Origin: Flavobacteriales bacterium
GTDB lineage: Bacteria; Bacteroidota; Bacteroidia; Flavobacteriales; UBA7312
DNA: 64,000 nucleotides
Assembly (NCBI GenBank): GCA_016779935.1
Contig: JADHMQ010000008.1
Location: 2,672 to 66,671, forward strand
Direction: 5' to 3'
In this document: in pieces, positions 10,167-19,982 of the stretch
Layout: each line of letters starts with the position of its first letter
Position numbering within the stretch: the first letter of the stretch is position 1
Translations under genes and position numbers: made by a program
The notes under the pieces: model-generated
Database searches by the model: none
The model's input: only the letters and a program-made list of their open reading frames with translations
What the model was told of the DNA's origin: nothing

Positions 10167-10976
10167 TTATAACGACAAAGACAGTAAGACTTTCATCTGT
10201 TGCTGCAAAGCCAACGCTTGCTCTCTTGCTTTTATTGCAAAATCTTTCGTTGAATCAGCATAAATAATCCCTCTTGAAGAATTTACGAGCAATCCACATT
10301 GATTGTTCATTCCGTATTTGGCAACATCATTTAGGTTACCTCCTTGAGCTCCTACACCTGGAACTAATAGAAAATGGTTCGGGACAATCTCTCTAATTTC
10401 TTTCAAAGATTCTGCTCTAGTAGCTCCTACCACAAACATGATGTTTTCACCATAACTTTTTGATGTTTTCAATACTTTCTGATAAAGCATTTCTCCATTT
10501 TCATCTTTAGTTATTTGAAAATCCAATCCTCCACTGTTTGATGTTAAGGCTAGTATTATTGCCCATTTATCTTTAAATTCTAAAAATGGAGTAACCGAAT
10601 CAGAACCCATGTATGGTGCAACAGTTACTGAATCAAAATTATAGGTTTCAAAAAATGTCTTAGCATACATCTTAGAGGTATTACCAATATCCCCACGCTT
10701 AGCATCGGCGATTGTAAAAATATCTTTAGGAATATAGTCTATCGTTTTCTTAAGGCTTTTCCATCCCTTTTCACCCATACTTTCATAGAAGGCAATATTT
10801 GGTTTATAGGCAACACATAAATCTGAAGTAGCATCAATAATTTGCTTGTTAAATTCAAAAACAGGGTCTTCTAAATCAAGTAAATGAGAAGGGATTTTTT
10901 GCAAATCAGTATCTAAGCCAATACATAAGAATGATTCTTTTGCTTTTATTTGCTCAAATAGGTCGTTTGCTGTCAT
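10167..10976 (-). CDS. pyrF: Orotidine-5'-phosphate decarboxylase
   Basis: [46 protein letters not shown]. Confidence 0.96.
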   Translation of the reverse strand: MTANDLFEQIKAKESFLCIGLDTDLQKIPSHLLDLEDPVFEFNKQIIDATSDLCVAYKPNIAFYESMGEKGWKSLKKTIDYIPKDIFTIADAKRGDIGNTSKMYAKTFFETYNFDSVTVAPYMGSDSVTPFLEFKDKWAIILALTSNSGGLDFQITKDENGEMLYQKVLKTSKSYGENIMFVVGATRAESLKEIREIVPNHFLLVPGVGAQGGNLNDVAKYGMNNQCGLLVNSSRGIIYADSTKDFAIKAREQALALQQQMKVLLSLSL

Positions 10977-10978
10977 TT

Positions 10979-12049
10979 TTAATCTGTTTGGGTTGTACCT
11001 TCTTTTAGTCTTTCAGCGTTTTCTGCTATTTTAAGCTCTTCGATAAACTTTTCAATATCACCATCAATAACGTTTGATAGATTGTACTGTGTCAGACCAA
11101 TTCTATGGTCGGTTACCCTTCCTTGTGGATAATTGTATGTTCTAATTTTTGCAGAACGGTCTCCAGTAACGACCATTGATTTCCTTTTGCCTGAAAGCTC
11201 TTCTAACCGCTTTTGCATTTCTATTTCATAAATTCTTGAACGCAGAACTTTGAGTGCTTTGTCGTAATTTTTATGCTGAGATTTTTGGTCTTGACATTGT
11301 GCTACGACACCTGTTGGAATATGTGTAAGTCTTACAGCGGAATAAGTGGTATTTACTGACTGACCACCAGGGCCTGACGAACAATATGTATCTTTTCTTA
11401 TATCGCTGTCTTTTATTTCAACATCAAATTCTTCTGCTTCAGGCATTACTACTACTGAAGCTGCAGATGTGTGAACACGCCCCTGAGTTTCGGTTTGTGG
11501 CACTCTTTGAACACGGTGAACACCAGATTCAAATTTGAGCATTCCGTACACATCTTCACCCTTTACATTAAATATGATTTCCTTGTAACCACCTGATGTT
11601 CCTTCTGCAACATCTACAAGTTCAGTTTTCCAACCTTTAGTACCCGCATAATTTAAATACATTCTGTAAAGGTCACCTGTAAAAATACTAGCTTCATCTC
11701 CTCCTGCTCCTGCACGTATTTCCACCACAGCATTTTTGGAATCGGCTGGATCTTTAGGAATTAATAACACCTTAATGTCTTCTTCCATAGAATTTCTTAA
11801 TGGTGTAAGTTCATCAAGTTCCATTCGAGCCATTTCCTTCATCTCGTCATCTTTAAGCATCTCTTTGGCATTTTCGAGATTTGATAACAGGTTTCTATAA
11901 TCTTTATAAGCCGCTATGATTGGTTGTAAGTCTTTATATTCTTTGTTTAGTTGAATATACTGCTTCATATCAGAAATGATATTAGGGTCAACAATTAATT
12001 GTGACACTTCATCAAATCTTACTTTTATTGCTTCTAACTTATCTAGCAT
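10979..12049 (-). CDS. prfA: Peptide chain release factor 1
   Basis: GGQ in [10 protein letters not shown]; PxT motif VPQTE; [11 protein letters not shown]; [10 protein letters not shown]. Confidence 0.97.
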   Translation of the reverse strand: MLDKLEAIKVRFDEVSQLIVDPNIISDMKQYIQLNKEYKDLQPIIAAYKDYRNLLSNLENAKEMLKDDEMKEMARMELDELTPLRNSMEEDIKVLLIPKDPADSKNAVVEIRAGAGGDEASIFTGDLYRMYLNYAGTKGWKTELVDVAEGTSGGYKEIIFNVKGEDVYGMLKFESGVHRVQRVPQTETQGRVHTSAASVVVMPEAEEFDVEIKDSDIRKDTYCSSGPGGQSVNTTYSAVRLTHIPTGVVAQCQDQKSQHKNYDKALKVLRSRIYEIEMQKRLEELSGKRKSMVVTGDRSAKIRTYNYPQGRVTDHRIGLTQYNLSNVIDGDIEKFIEELKIAENAERLKEGTTQTD

Positions 12050-12051
12050 AA

Positions 12052-13218
12052 TTAATAAACAAATTCACCGTATTGACTCTTAATTGTCAACTTTTTACCT
12101 TTATTAGATTCTACTCTACCAACCACTTTAGCATCAACATTAAACTGTTTTGATATAGCAATGATTTCGTCTGCTATTTCTGCAGGAACATATAATTCCA
12201 TTCGGTGTCCCATATTGAAAACCTTGTACATTTCTTTCCAGTCCGTATTAGATTCTTTTTGAATTAATTCAAACAAGGGAGGGATATCAAAAAGGTTATC
12301 TTTTATAACATGAACGTCATTTACAAAATGTAAAACTTTTGTCTGTGCACCTCCACTGCAGTGCACCATTCCGTGAATATCATTTCTGTAAGCATCAAGA
12401 ATCTTCTTAATGACTGGGGCATAGGTTCGTGTTGGTGAAAGCACTAATTTGCCAATATCAACAGTCAGGTCTTCCTGAGTATCTGTTAGCATTTTTGTTC
12501 CTGAATATATTAAATCTTCTGGAACTGATGGGTCAAAACTTTCTGGATATTTATTCGCCAAGTATTTTGAAAAAACATCGTGTCGAGCAGAAGTTAACCC
12601 ATTACTCCCCATTCCACCATTATACTCTGACTCATAGCTAGCCTGTCCAAATGAAGAAAGTCCTACAATTACATCACCATCTTGTATATTATGGTTTGAG
12701 ATGACATCTTCTCTTTTTAATCGAGCAATAACAGTAGAATCAACTATAATCGTTCGGACTAAATCACCAACATCGGCAGTCTCCCCACCTGTTGATTTGA
12801 TATCTACACCTTGACTTCTTAAATCTGAAAGTAACTCTTCTGTTCCATTGATGATGGCTGAAATGACTTCACCAGGGATTAGATTTTTATTTCTACCTAT
12901 AGTTGAAGAGAGTAAGATGTTATCAGTTACACCTACACAAAGTAAGTCATCCAAGTTCATCACAAGTGCATCTTGAGCAATACCTTTCCAAACAGAGATA
13001 TCACCAGTTTCTTTCCAATACATGTAGGCTAATGATGATTTAGTACCAGCACCGTCCGCATGCATTACCACACAATAATCATTATCGTTTGATAGGTAAT
13101 CTGGAACAATTTTACAAAATGCTTGAGGAAAAAGGCCTTTATCTACATTTTTTATAGCACTGTGAACATCTTCCTTGTCTGCTGAAACTCCCCTAAGATT
13201 ATATCTACTACTTGACAT
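12052..13218 (-). CDS. purM: Phosphoribosylformylglycinamidine cyclo-ligase (AIR synthase), Bacteroidota type
   Basis: [45 protein letters not shown]; start moved to ATG 13218 because the track start at 13236 lies inside a hairpin. Confidence 0.9.
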   Translation of the reverse strand: MSSSRYNLRGVSADKEDVHSAIKNVDKGLFPQAFCKIVPDYLSNDNDYCVVMHADGAGTKSSLAYMYWKETGDISVWKGIAQDALVMNLDDLLCVGVTDNILLSSTIGRNKNLIPGEVISAIINGTEELLSDLRSQGVDIKSTGGETADVGDLVRTIIVDSTVIARLKREDVISNHNIQDGDVIVGLSSFGQASYESEYNGGMGSNGLTSARHDVFSKYLANKYPESFDPSVPEDLIYSGTKMLTDTQEDLTVDIGKLVLSPTRTYAPVIKKILDAYRNDIHGMVHCSGGAQTKVLHFVNDVHVIKDNLFDIPPLFELIQKESNTDWKEMYKVFNMGHRMELYVPAEIADEIIAISKQFNVDAKVVGRVESNKGKKLTIKSQYGEFVY

Positions 13219-13224
13219 ATTGGT

Positions 13225-13257
13225 AAAAAAAAGCATCTCGAAAAATCGAGACGCTTT
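13225..13257 (-). terminator. Intrinsic terminator-like hairpin after the OmpA-family gene
   Basis: Minus strand AAAGCGTCTCGA-loop-TCGAGATGCTTT (one G-U pair) running into a T tract. Confidence 0.7.
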
Positions 13258-13275
13258 AAATTTTATTTAAATTAT

Positions 13276-15312
13276 TTACTTCTTCTTCACTAGTATCTCA
13301 TCCTTTTCAACATCGTAAAAAGCATTAGATACTACTATAAAATCTGTTCTTCTGTTGTACTGGTGAGCCTTTTCTTTATCCTTATTTCTTTTGAGTTTAT
13401 TTTCGATAAAGTCAGCAGATAAAACTGCCCCAGGTCTCAATTTACCATCTTTAACATCCATTACATAAGGTTCTGTTTCTCCCATTCCCTTAGCAACTAG
13501 TCTTTTTGGCTTTATACCTTTATCAACCATATAATCAACACAAATTTGAGCACGTCTTTGTGATAACTCCATATTAAAGTCATCACCAGCTCTACTATCT
13601 GTATGTGAACGAAGTTGGATAACAACATTTGGATTTTTCTTTAAAACTAGTATTAGTGCATCTAATGCATCTTTAGATTCTTTTCTTAGCTTGGCACTGT
13701 TGTAATCGTACTCAATTTTAGGAAGTACTATTTCGTCTTGTGTAGCTTCTAATACTATGTCTTGAACTATGTTTACAGACTCTTTTACACCAATAGTAGT
13801 TTCTGAGAAATTATTAGAAAGATATCCCTCTTTTGAGACGGTTATATTGTAAGATATATTTTCTTTAACAAAGTCTTTTCCAAATAAATATCTACCAGAA
13901 TTATCAGTAAAAGTTTCCGTTTTACTACCATCGCTACCAACAATTTCTACTTTTGCCCCGCTAACTACTTGACTGGATTTTATATCAGTGATTACTCCAG
14001 AAATAGTTAAATTAAGTTTTGGTAAATGAAATTGATAAATATCATCTCCCTTGCTACCAAGTCTATTCGATGAAAGGTAACCCTTTTCATCTTCTGCTTC
14101 AAAGATAATTCCGAAGTCGTCATTAGATGAATTAATAGGACTCTTCATGTTTGAAATAGAACGAAGGTTATTTTCACCATCAAACTCTGCCTTGAAGATA
14201 TCCAAACCACCCATACCAACTAGACCATCAGACGAGAAGTATAAAGAACCATCGTTGTGAATGAAAGGGAATAGTTCATTACCACTTGTGTTTATTTTGT
14301 CTCCCATGTTGATTGGCTCACTCCACTCATCTCTTTTTAATTTTTTGATGTACCAGATATCTTTTCCACCAAATCCGCCTTTCATATCTGAAGAGAAATA
14401 CAAGACCTTACCATCTCCTCTGAGTGAAGGATGAGCGAAACTACTCACACTGTCATAAGGCAATGGCACTAATACTGGAGAAATCCAGCTCTTACCTTTT
14501 TTTCTTGAAAAATAAATTTCACAAGTAGGAATCGGCTTTACTTTTGAGTTTTCCATACATCTTGTGAAGAATAATTCGTTACCACGATCATTCATTGTTG
14601 GAGTAGCTTCGTGATTTGAAGTATTCATAGGTTCTTCAAATGGTGTGGGCTTTGACCATCTATTTTTCTTTTTATCAAATTTAGACCAATAGATATCCGT
14701 ATAAGAATTTCCTGTAAATCCGTCAGTAGCTTTTCCTAAAGAGCCATCTCTTGAAGATGTGAAAAACAACTCATCGTAATCTCTACTAGCATAGCAGGGA
14801 GAATATTCTTCCTGGTTGGTATTATGAGGAAATGATGTCAGTACGTAACGGGATGGGTTTTGGAGGGCGTCAAGTGCAAACAGACATGAAGCAATTCCTT
14901 TATCAGCTCTATCGTCATTAGACTTTAGCTCTTTATACTTTTCAAATTGGACTACAGCTTCAGAAAACTTCTGTTGTTTTTGTAATACCTGAGCGTACCT
15001 TAAGTATACTTCAGCATGAGGATATTTGGCTTTGATTGCTCTTTTATACATTGCAGTAGCCTTTTTCAAATATATAGGCGTACCGATATTTCGAGCACAT
15101 TCTGCTTGTAAGAAAATCAATTCGGCTTTCTTAGCCCTATTTTTTTCTTTGGTGTAATCTTCCTTATAAAGTTTCTCGGCCTCATGATAGTTCTGCATCA
15201 TAAAAGCCTTATCGGCCTTCGATGTTTTAACTTTCTTAGATGAGTTTTGAGAAACTAAAGTTGTTGACGATAAAATAATTAATAGCGCCGTAAGTGAAAG
15301 TAAATGTTTCAT
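13276..15312 (-). CDS. PorE-like protein: TPR + PD40 propeller + carboxypeptidase-regulatory-like + OmpA peptidoglycan-binding domain
   Basis: LFFTSSR, LYFSSDMKGGFGGKDIW, YFSSDG..GMGGLDIF, PINSSNDDF; OmpA motifs IEYDYNSA, SHTDSR..NMELSQRRA, NRRTDF. Confidence 0.88.
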   Translation of the reverse strand: MKHLLSLTALLIILSSTTLVSQNSSKKVKTSKADKAFMMQNYHEAEKLYKEDYTKEKNRAKKAELIFLQAECARNIGTPIYLKKATAMYKRAIKAKYPHAEVYLRYAQVLQKQQKFSEAVVQFEKYKELKSNDDRADKGIASCLFALDALQNPSRYVLTSFPHNTNQEEYSPCYASRDYDELFFTSSRDGSLGKATDGFTGNSYTDIYWSKFDKKKNRWSKPTPFEEPMNTSNHEATPTMNDRGNELFFTRCMENSKVKPIPTCEIYFSRKKGKSWISPVLVPLPYDSVSSFAHPSLRGDGKVLYFSSDMKGGFGGKDIWYIKKLKRDEWSEPINMGDKINTSGNELFPFIHNDGSLYFSSDGLVGMGGLDIFKAEFDGENNLRSISNMKSPINSSNDDFGIIFEAEDEKGYLSSNRLGSKGDDIYQFHLPKLNLTISGVITDIKSSQVVSGAKVEIVGSDGSKTETFTDNSGRYLFGKDFVKENISYNITVSKEGYLSNNFSETTIGVKESVNIVQDIVLEATQDEIVLPKIEYDYNSAKLRKESKDALDALILVLKKNPNVVIQLRSHTDSRAGDDFNMELSQRRAQICVDYMVDKGIKPKRLVAKGMGETEPYVMDVKDGKLRPGAVLSADFIENKLKRNKDKEKAHQYNRRTDFIVVSNAFYDVEKDEILVKKK

Positions 15313-15437
15313 TTTTTGTACTTAGAATTTTTGCTAAAATAAGGATTTATTTCTTTTGAAAAAGACACAAGTAAATATCTATTAAAAAGTTGTTAATAAT
15401 TTTAAAAAATGCCTATTGAAATATTTACAAAATAAGG

Positions 15438-15445
15438 TAGTTTTG
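15438..15445 (+). promoter_or_regulatory. Bacteroidota -7 promoter element for glnII
   Basis: TAGTTTTG matches TAnnTTTG, 42 nt upstream of ATG. Confidence 0.55.
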
Positions 15446-15487
15446 TGTAATTAGTACACATATTAAAAAAATTAGCATTTAAAGAAA

Positions 15488-16495
15488 ATGAAAAAAAGCA
15501 AACTTGAGTACATTTGGCTAGACGGTCATGTACCAACTCAAAACATGAGAAGTAAAACTAAAGTAATGAACGACTTTAGTGGTAAATTAGAAGATTGTCC
15601 GACCTGGTCTTTTGATGGAAGTTCTACTCAACAAGCATCTGGAGGCTCATCAGATTGCTTGTTAAAACCTGTTGCAATTTATCCTGATCCTAGCAGAATT
15701 AATGGTTACTTAGTTATGACTGAGGTGTTAAATGCCGATGGAACTCCTCACGATTCAAACGGAAGAGCTACTATTGATGACGATGATAATGATTTTTGGT
15801 TTGGCTTCGAACAAGAATACTTTATCATGGATAAAAATACTCAACTTCCACTTGGTTTTCCATTAGGTGGATATCCTGGACCTCAAGGCTTGTATTATTG
15901 CTCTGTCGGTGGAAAAAACACTCATGGTAGAGAATTTGTTGAAGAACATGCTGATTTGTGTATTGAAGCTGGATTAAACTTCGAAGGTATTAACCAAGAG
16001 GTTGCTAGTGGTCAGTGGGAGTTTCAACTTTTTGCTAAAGGCGCTAAAAAAGCTGGCGATGAAATATGGATAGCTAGGTACCTTTTGGACAGACTTACTG
16101 AAAGCTACGGCTATTACATTGAATATCATCCAAAACCAGTAAAAGGAGATTGGAATGGTTCTGGTATGCACGCTAACTTCTCGAACAATACATTAAGAAC
16201 GTGTGGTTCTCAAGAGGTTTATGAAAAAATATGTGAAGCTTTCAGACCTGTAACTAAAGAACATATTAGTGTTTATGGTGCTTACAACGACGAGAGATTA
16301 ACTGGTCTTCATGAAACAGCTTCAATTAACGACTTTAGTTATGGCATTTCTGATAGAGGTGCTTCTATAAGAATTCCTATCTTAACAGTTGAAAATGGGT
16401 GGAAAGGATGGCTAGAAGACAGACGTCCAGCATCTAACGGTGATCCTTATAAAATTGCCGCAAGAATTGTTAAGACTGTGAAGGGAGTGGTTTAA
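15488..16495 (+). CDS. glnII: Glutamine synthetase type II
   Basis: 335 aa; LEYIWLDG, RSKT, WSFDGSST, WFGFEQEY, GQWEFQ, HPKPVKGDWNGSGMH, RLTGLHET, RGASIRIP, LEDRRPASNGDPY. Confidence 0.93.
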   Translation: MKKSKLEYIWLDGHVPTQNMRSKTKVMNDFSGKLEDCPTWSFDGSSTQQASGGSSDCLLKPVAIYPDPSRINGYLVMTEVLNADGTPHDSNGRATIDDDDNDFWFGFEQEYFIMDKNTQLPLGFPLGGYPGPQGLYYCSVGGKNTHGREFVEEHADLCIEAGLNFEGINQEVASGQWEFQLFAKGAKKAGDEIWIARYLLDRLTESYGYYIEYHPKPVKGDWNGSGMHANFSNNTLRTCGSQEVYEKICEAFRPVTKEHISVYGAYNDERLTGLHETASINDFSYGISDRGASIRIPILTVENGWKGWLEDRRPASNGDPYKIAARIVKTVKGVV

Positions 16496-16515
16496 GAATT
16501 AAATTAATTGAAATT

Positions 16516-16545
16516 AAAAAACAGCATCATTGATGCTGTTTTTTT
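16516..16545. terminator. Bidirectional intrinsic terminator between glnII and tatA
   Basis: AAAAAACAGCATCA-T-TGATGCTGTTTTTT inverted repeat between convergent genes. Confidence 0.85.
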
Positions 16546-16547
16546 GT

Positions 16548-16772
16548 TTACTTCTTTAGGTCTTTTTCAACTTTCTGTACTTCTTCTTTTACCGTGGTAG
16601 CTGTTGAACGAATTTCTCGTTTAATATCGTCAGACGCATCTTTTAGTTCTCTAAGTCCTTTACCCAATCCACGAGCAAGTTCAGGAATTTTTTTTGAGCC
16701 AAATAGCATTACAACAACAAGCATTATAATAACTATCTCAGGGCCTCCAATAAATAAAATAACATTCAACAT
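16548..16772 (-). CDS. tatA: Twin-arginine translocase TatA/TatE subunit
   Basis: [33 protein letters not shown]. Confidence 0.93.
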   Translation of the reverse strand: MLNVILFIGGPEIVIIMLVVVMLFGSKKIPELARGLGKGLRELKDASDDIKREIRSTATTVKEEVQKVEKDLKK

Positions 16773-16801
16773 AATCGGTTTGAGTTTGAATAATTCACTT
16801 A

Positions 16802-16809
16802 CAAAGTTA
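16802..16809 (-). promoter_or_regulatory. -7 promoter element for tatA
   Basis: TAACTTTG on minus strand between the secDF terminator and tatA start. Confidence 0.6.
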
Positions 16810-16821
16810 AGGGTTCAAAAT

Positions 16822-16849
16822 AAAAATGCCTCAAAAAGAGGCATTTTTT
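16822..16849 (-). terminator. Intrinsic terminator after secDF
   Basis: AAAAATGCCTC-AAAAA-GAGGCATTTTT inverted repeat. Confidence 0.8.
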
Positions 16850-16871
16850 ATTTATAATATGATTAAGAAAG

Positions 16872-19844
16872 TTACTTCTTTTCGGTAACAGACTTCTTAA
16901 TTGTATCAAGCATAATTGGTGATGCAACAAATAGGGATGAGTAGGTTCCTACTACAACACCCACCATTAATGCAAACATAAATCCTCTAATAACTTCTCC
17001 TCCAAATAAGAAAATAACTAATAGCACAAAAAACGTTGTTAATGATGTATTAACTGTTCTACTTAGTGTGCTATTAAGTGCATTATTCACAAGAGAATTG
17101 AACTCTTTCTTCTTATAGATAGCCATATGCTCACGGATACGGTCAAAAACAACCACTGTATCGTTAAGTGAATAACCTATAATAGTTAAAAGAGCAGCAA
17201 TAAATGCTTGGTCAATTTCAAGGGAGAATGGTAATATTCCGTAGAAAATAGAGAATATTGATAATACTATTAATACGTCATGGAATACTGCAGCAACAGC
17301 ACCTAAACTAAATTGCCATTTTCTAAATCTTAGTAAGATGTATAAAAATATGATGAATAAAGAGAAAATTATTGACCATAATGCAGATACTTTAATGTCA
17401 TCTGCAATAGTTGGACCTACTTTCTGAGAACTCATAACTTCATAAGAGCCAAACTGTGCTAATCCAGCATCTAACTGACTAAGCACTAAATCATCAGCAG
17501 TTAATTCTTTACTATCTATTAAGTATTTTGTAGTAATTTTAACTTGGTTCTCGTCACCAAACGTTTTAACTTCAGGGAACATTTTTAAACCTTCTTCATC
17601 TACAAAATAATTCGCTAGAGAACTTCTTAAGTCTTCATTTTCAATTGCAGCAGAATCAAACCTTACTACAAAAGTTCTACCTCCTTTAAAGTCAACACCA
17701 TAGTTTAATTTCTTAGTTACAAGTGAACCAATACCTATGAGTATTAAAATTGATGAAATGGCATAAAAGACTTTTCTTTTTCCAATAAAGTCGATGGCGG
17801 TATTTTTAAATGCTCCTCTAGTGATTTTGTTGTCAAACGATACCGATTCTTTCTTGCTAAGTCTCCAGTAGAAAACTAGTCTTGTAATGAATATCGCAGA
17901 GAATAGTGAGGTTAAAATACCGATTACTAATGTCGTTGCAAACCCTTTGATTGGTCCAGAACCAAACATATATAATACTATACCTGTCAATAAGGTAGTA
18001 ACATTTGCATCAATAATAGAACTGTAAGCATTTTTGTAACCATCGGAAACAGCAAGTTTAAGCCCTTTTCCGTTTAACAACTCTTCTCTAATTCTTTCAT
18101 AGATAAGGACATTTGCATCAACAGACATACCAATTGTAAGAACTATACCCGCAATTCCTGGTAATGTTAAAACAGCTCCGATTGATGATAACACTCCAAA
18201 TACAAAAAACAAGTTTGCAAGAAGGGCAATATTTGATACTATTCCTGCGAAACTGTAATAGAACATCATGTATACTAGCACTAATGCCAATGCTATTATG
18301 AATGATTTTAATCCTGAATCAATCGCTTCTTGACCTAAAGATGGTCCAACAATTGCTTCTTCAATAATTCTTGCAGGAGCTGGTAATTTACCTGACTTTA
18401 AAATATTAGATAAGTCATTCGCTTCATTAATAGTAAAGTTACCTGTAATTTGAGATCTTCCTCCGGAAATTTCAGCTTGAACTGTTGGGAAAGAATACAC
18501 AAAATCATCAAGTACAATAGCAATACTTTTACCAATATTATCTGCCGTTAGTCTTTTCCACTGTCTTGAACCTTCAGCACTCATGGTCATTGATACTTCT
18601 GGCACACCATTGAATTGACCAAAATCAGTTCTAGCATCAGTAACAACATCACCTTCCATAGCGGCATTACCATCACGCGAAGTTACTCTTAGGGCTACTA
18701 ACTGTACAAATTTCCCTTCTGGATCATAAGGTTTAACAGTCCATGAAAACTTAATATCACGTGGTAAGATATCCTTCACTTCATCCATTCTTAAGAATTC
18801 ATTTACCTTTGAAGTATCTTTAATGTCAGAAATACCACAAACAGGCCCACTGTTAGGTTGATTTGTTTGACTGATATTTGGATATAATACAGCATATAGA
18901 GGGTTCTGTCTAGAGAACTGCTCAGCAGAAAGTGCTGTACTATCTGAAGAAACTTCTGAATCTATACTTAACTCATCAATAGCTAAATCTGAAATCATAT
19001 CCTCCGAACTATCAACAGATTCTTCTGTAGACTCCGAGTCTGCAGTAGCAACTTCTTCTACTTCTTCTTCAATAGTTGACTTTAGAAATGTATTTATTTG
19101 ATCGATAAGACCTATTACTTCTGTATTTTCATAGGTTTCCCAAAACTCGAGTTGAGCTGTTCCTTGCAATAATTTTCTAACCCTTTCAGGGTCTTTAACA
19201 CCGGGCAATTCAACTAAGATTCTACCAGAACCTTCTAGTCTTTGGATGTTTGGCTGAGTAACTCCAAATCTATCAATTCTGGAACGCAGTATGTTAAATG
19301 AACGACTGATAGCGTCCTCAACTTCTATACCAATAACTCCTAGAACTTCTTCATTAGTTGAATTGGAATTAATTTTATCTTTTAACTCAGGAGTATAAAA
19401 TATTGACGCAAGCTTGCCATCAGGGTTTACTTCTGAAAATGACTGACCAAATAGTGTGACGAAATTGTCTTGGCTGTCTCTTTGTTTTTCTTGAGCAAGT
19501 TTAATTGCAGAATTAAACATCTCATCTGAATTGTAGTTTGACATTGCACGGATAACGTCTACAACAGACACTTCCAACGTAACGTTCATCCCACCTTTAA
19601 GGTCAAGACCTAGATTAATTTCTCTCGATTTACACTCATTATAAGTATAATTCTTTATTCCAATGTTATAAACAGGCTCTGTGGCTATAGAATCAAGATA
19701 TCTTTTTTCTTTTATTTCATCTCCGTTAGAGTATTCAACCGCATCCTCTTCAATCCCCCTTACAACAGATGTAAATGATAATTGATACAAACAAACAAGT
19801 GCAAATACGATTGCAAACAGAGAAACGAAACTTTTATTTTGCAT
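16872..19844 (-). CDS. secDF: Fused protein translocase subunit SecDF
   Basis: LGLDLKGG, RIDRFGVTQP, VELPGV, VGPSLG, GMSVDANVLIYERIREE, GVDFKGG, GYSLNDTVVVFDRIRE. Confidence 0.97.
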   Translation of the reverse strand: MQNKSFVSLFAIVFALVCLYQLSFTSVVRGIEEDAVEYSNGDEIKEKRYLDSIATEPVYNIGIKNYTYNECKSREINLGLDLKGGMNVTLEVSVVDVIRAMSNYNSDEMFNSAIKLAQEKQRDSQDNFVTLFGQSFSEVNPDGKLASIFYTPELKDKINSNSTNEEVLGVIGIEVEDAISRSFNILRSRIDRFGVTQPNIQRLEGSGRILVELPGVKDPERVRKLLQGTAQLEFWETYENTEVIGLIDQINTFLKSTIEEEVEEVATADSESTEESVDSSEDMISDLAIDELSIDSEVSSDSTALSAEQFSRQNPLYAVLYPNISQTNQPNSGPVCGISDIKDTSKVNEFLRMDEVKDILPRDIKFSWTVKPYDPEGKFVQLVALRVTSRDGNAAMEGDVVTDARTDFGQFNGVPEVSMTMSAEGSRQWKRLTADNIGKSIAIVLDDFVYSFPTVQAEISGGRSQITGNFTINEANDLSNILKSGKLPAPARIIEEAIVGPSLGQEAIDSGLKSFIIALALVLVYMMFYYSFAGIVSNIALLANLFFVFGVLSSIGAVLTLPGIAGIVLTIGMSVDANVLIYERIREELLNGKGLKLAVSDGYKNAYSSIIDANVTTLLTGIVLYMFGSGPIKGFATTLVIGILTSLFSAIFITRLVFYWRLSKKESVSFDNKITRGAFKNTAIDFIGKRKVFYAISSILILIGIGSLVTKKLNYGVDFKGGRTFVVRFDSAAIENEDLRSSLANYFVDEEGLKMFPEVKTFGDENQVKITTKYLIDSKELTADDLVLSQLDAGLAQFGSYEVMSSQKVGPTIADDIKVSALWSIIFSLFIIFLYILLRFRKWQFSLGAVAAVFHDVLIVLSIFSIFYGILPFSLEIDQAFIAALLTIIGYSLNDTVVVFDRIREHMAIYKKKEFNSLVNNALNSTLSRTVNTSLTTFFVLLVIFLFGGEVIRGFMFALMVGVVVGTYSSLFVASPIMLDTIKKSVTEKK

Positions 19845-19867
19845 AATTATGATTAGTTTAGAACGGG

Positions 19868-19875
19868 CAAATATA
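19868..19875 (-). promoter_or_regulatory. -7 promoter element for secDF
   Basis: TATATTTG on minus strand, 23 nt upstream of ATG. Confidence 0.6.
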
Positions 19876-19982
19876 GTTTTTCAAATTTGAAATAGCAATT
19901 GGAAAAACAATGAAGGAATATTAGTTGAATTGAATGGCATAGCACGCATTATATATTTTATATGTTGTAAATTTGTATTGGT

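Noticed and set aside
18930-19080. Acidic low-complexity stretch in SecDF as a repeat or insertion element
   Set aside because: In frame, no DNA-level periodicity, and variable acidic inserts are usual in Bacteroidota SecDF
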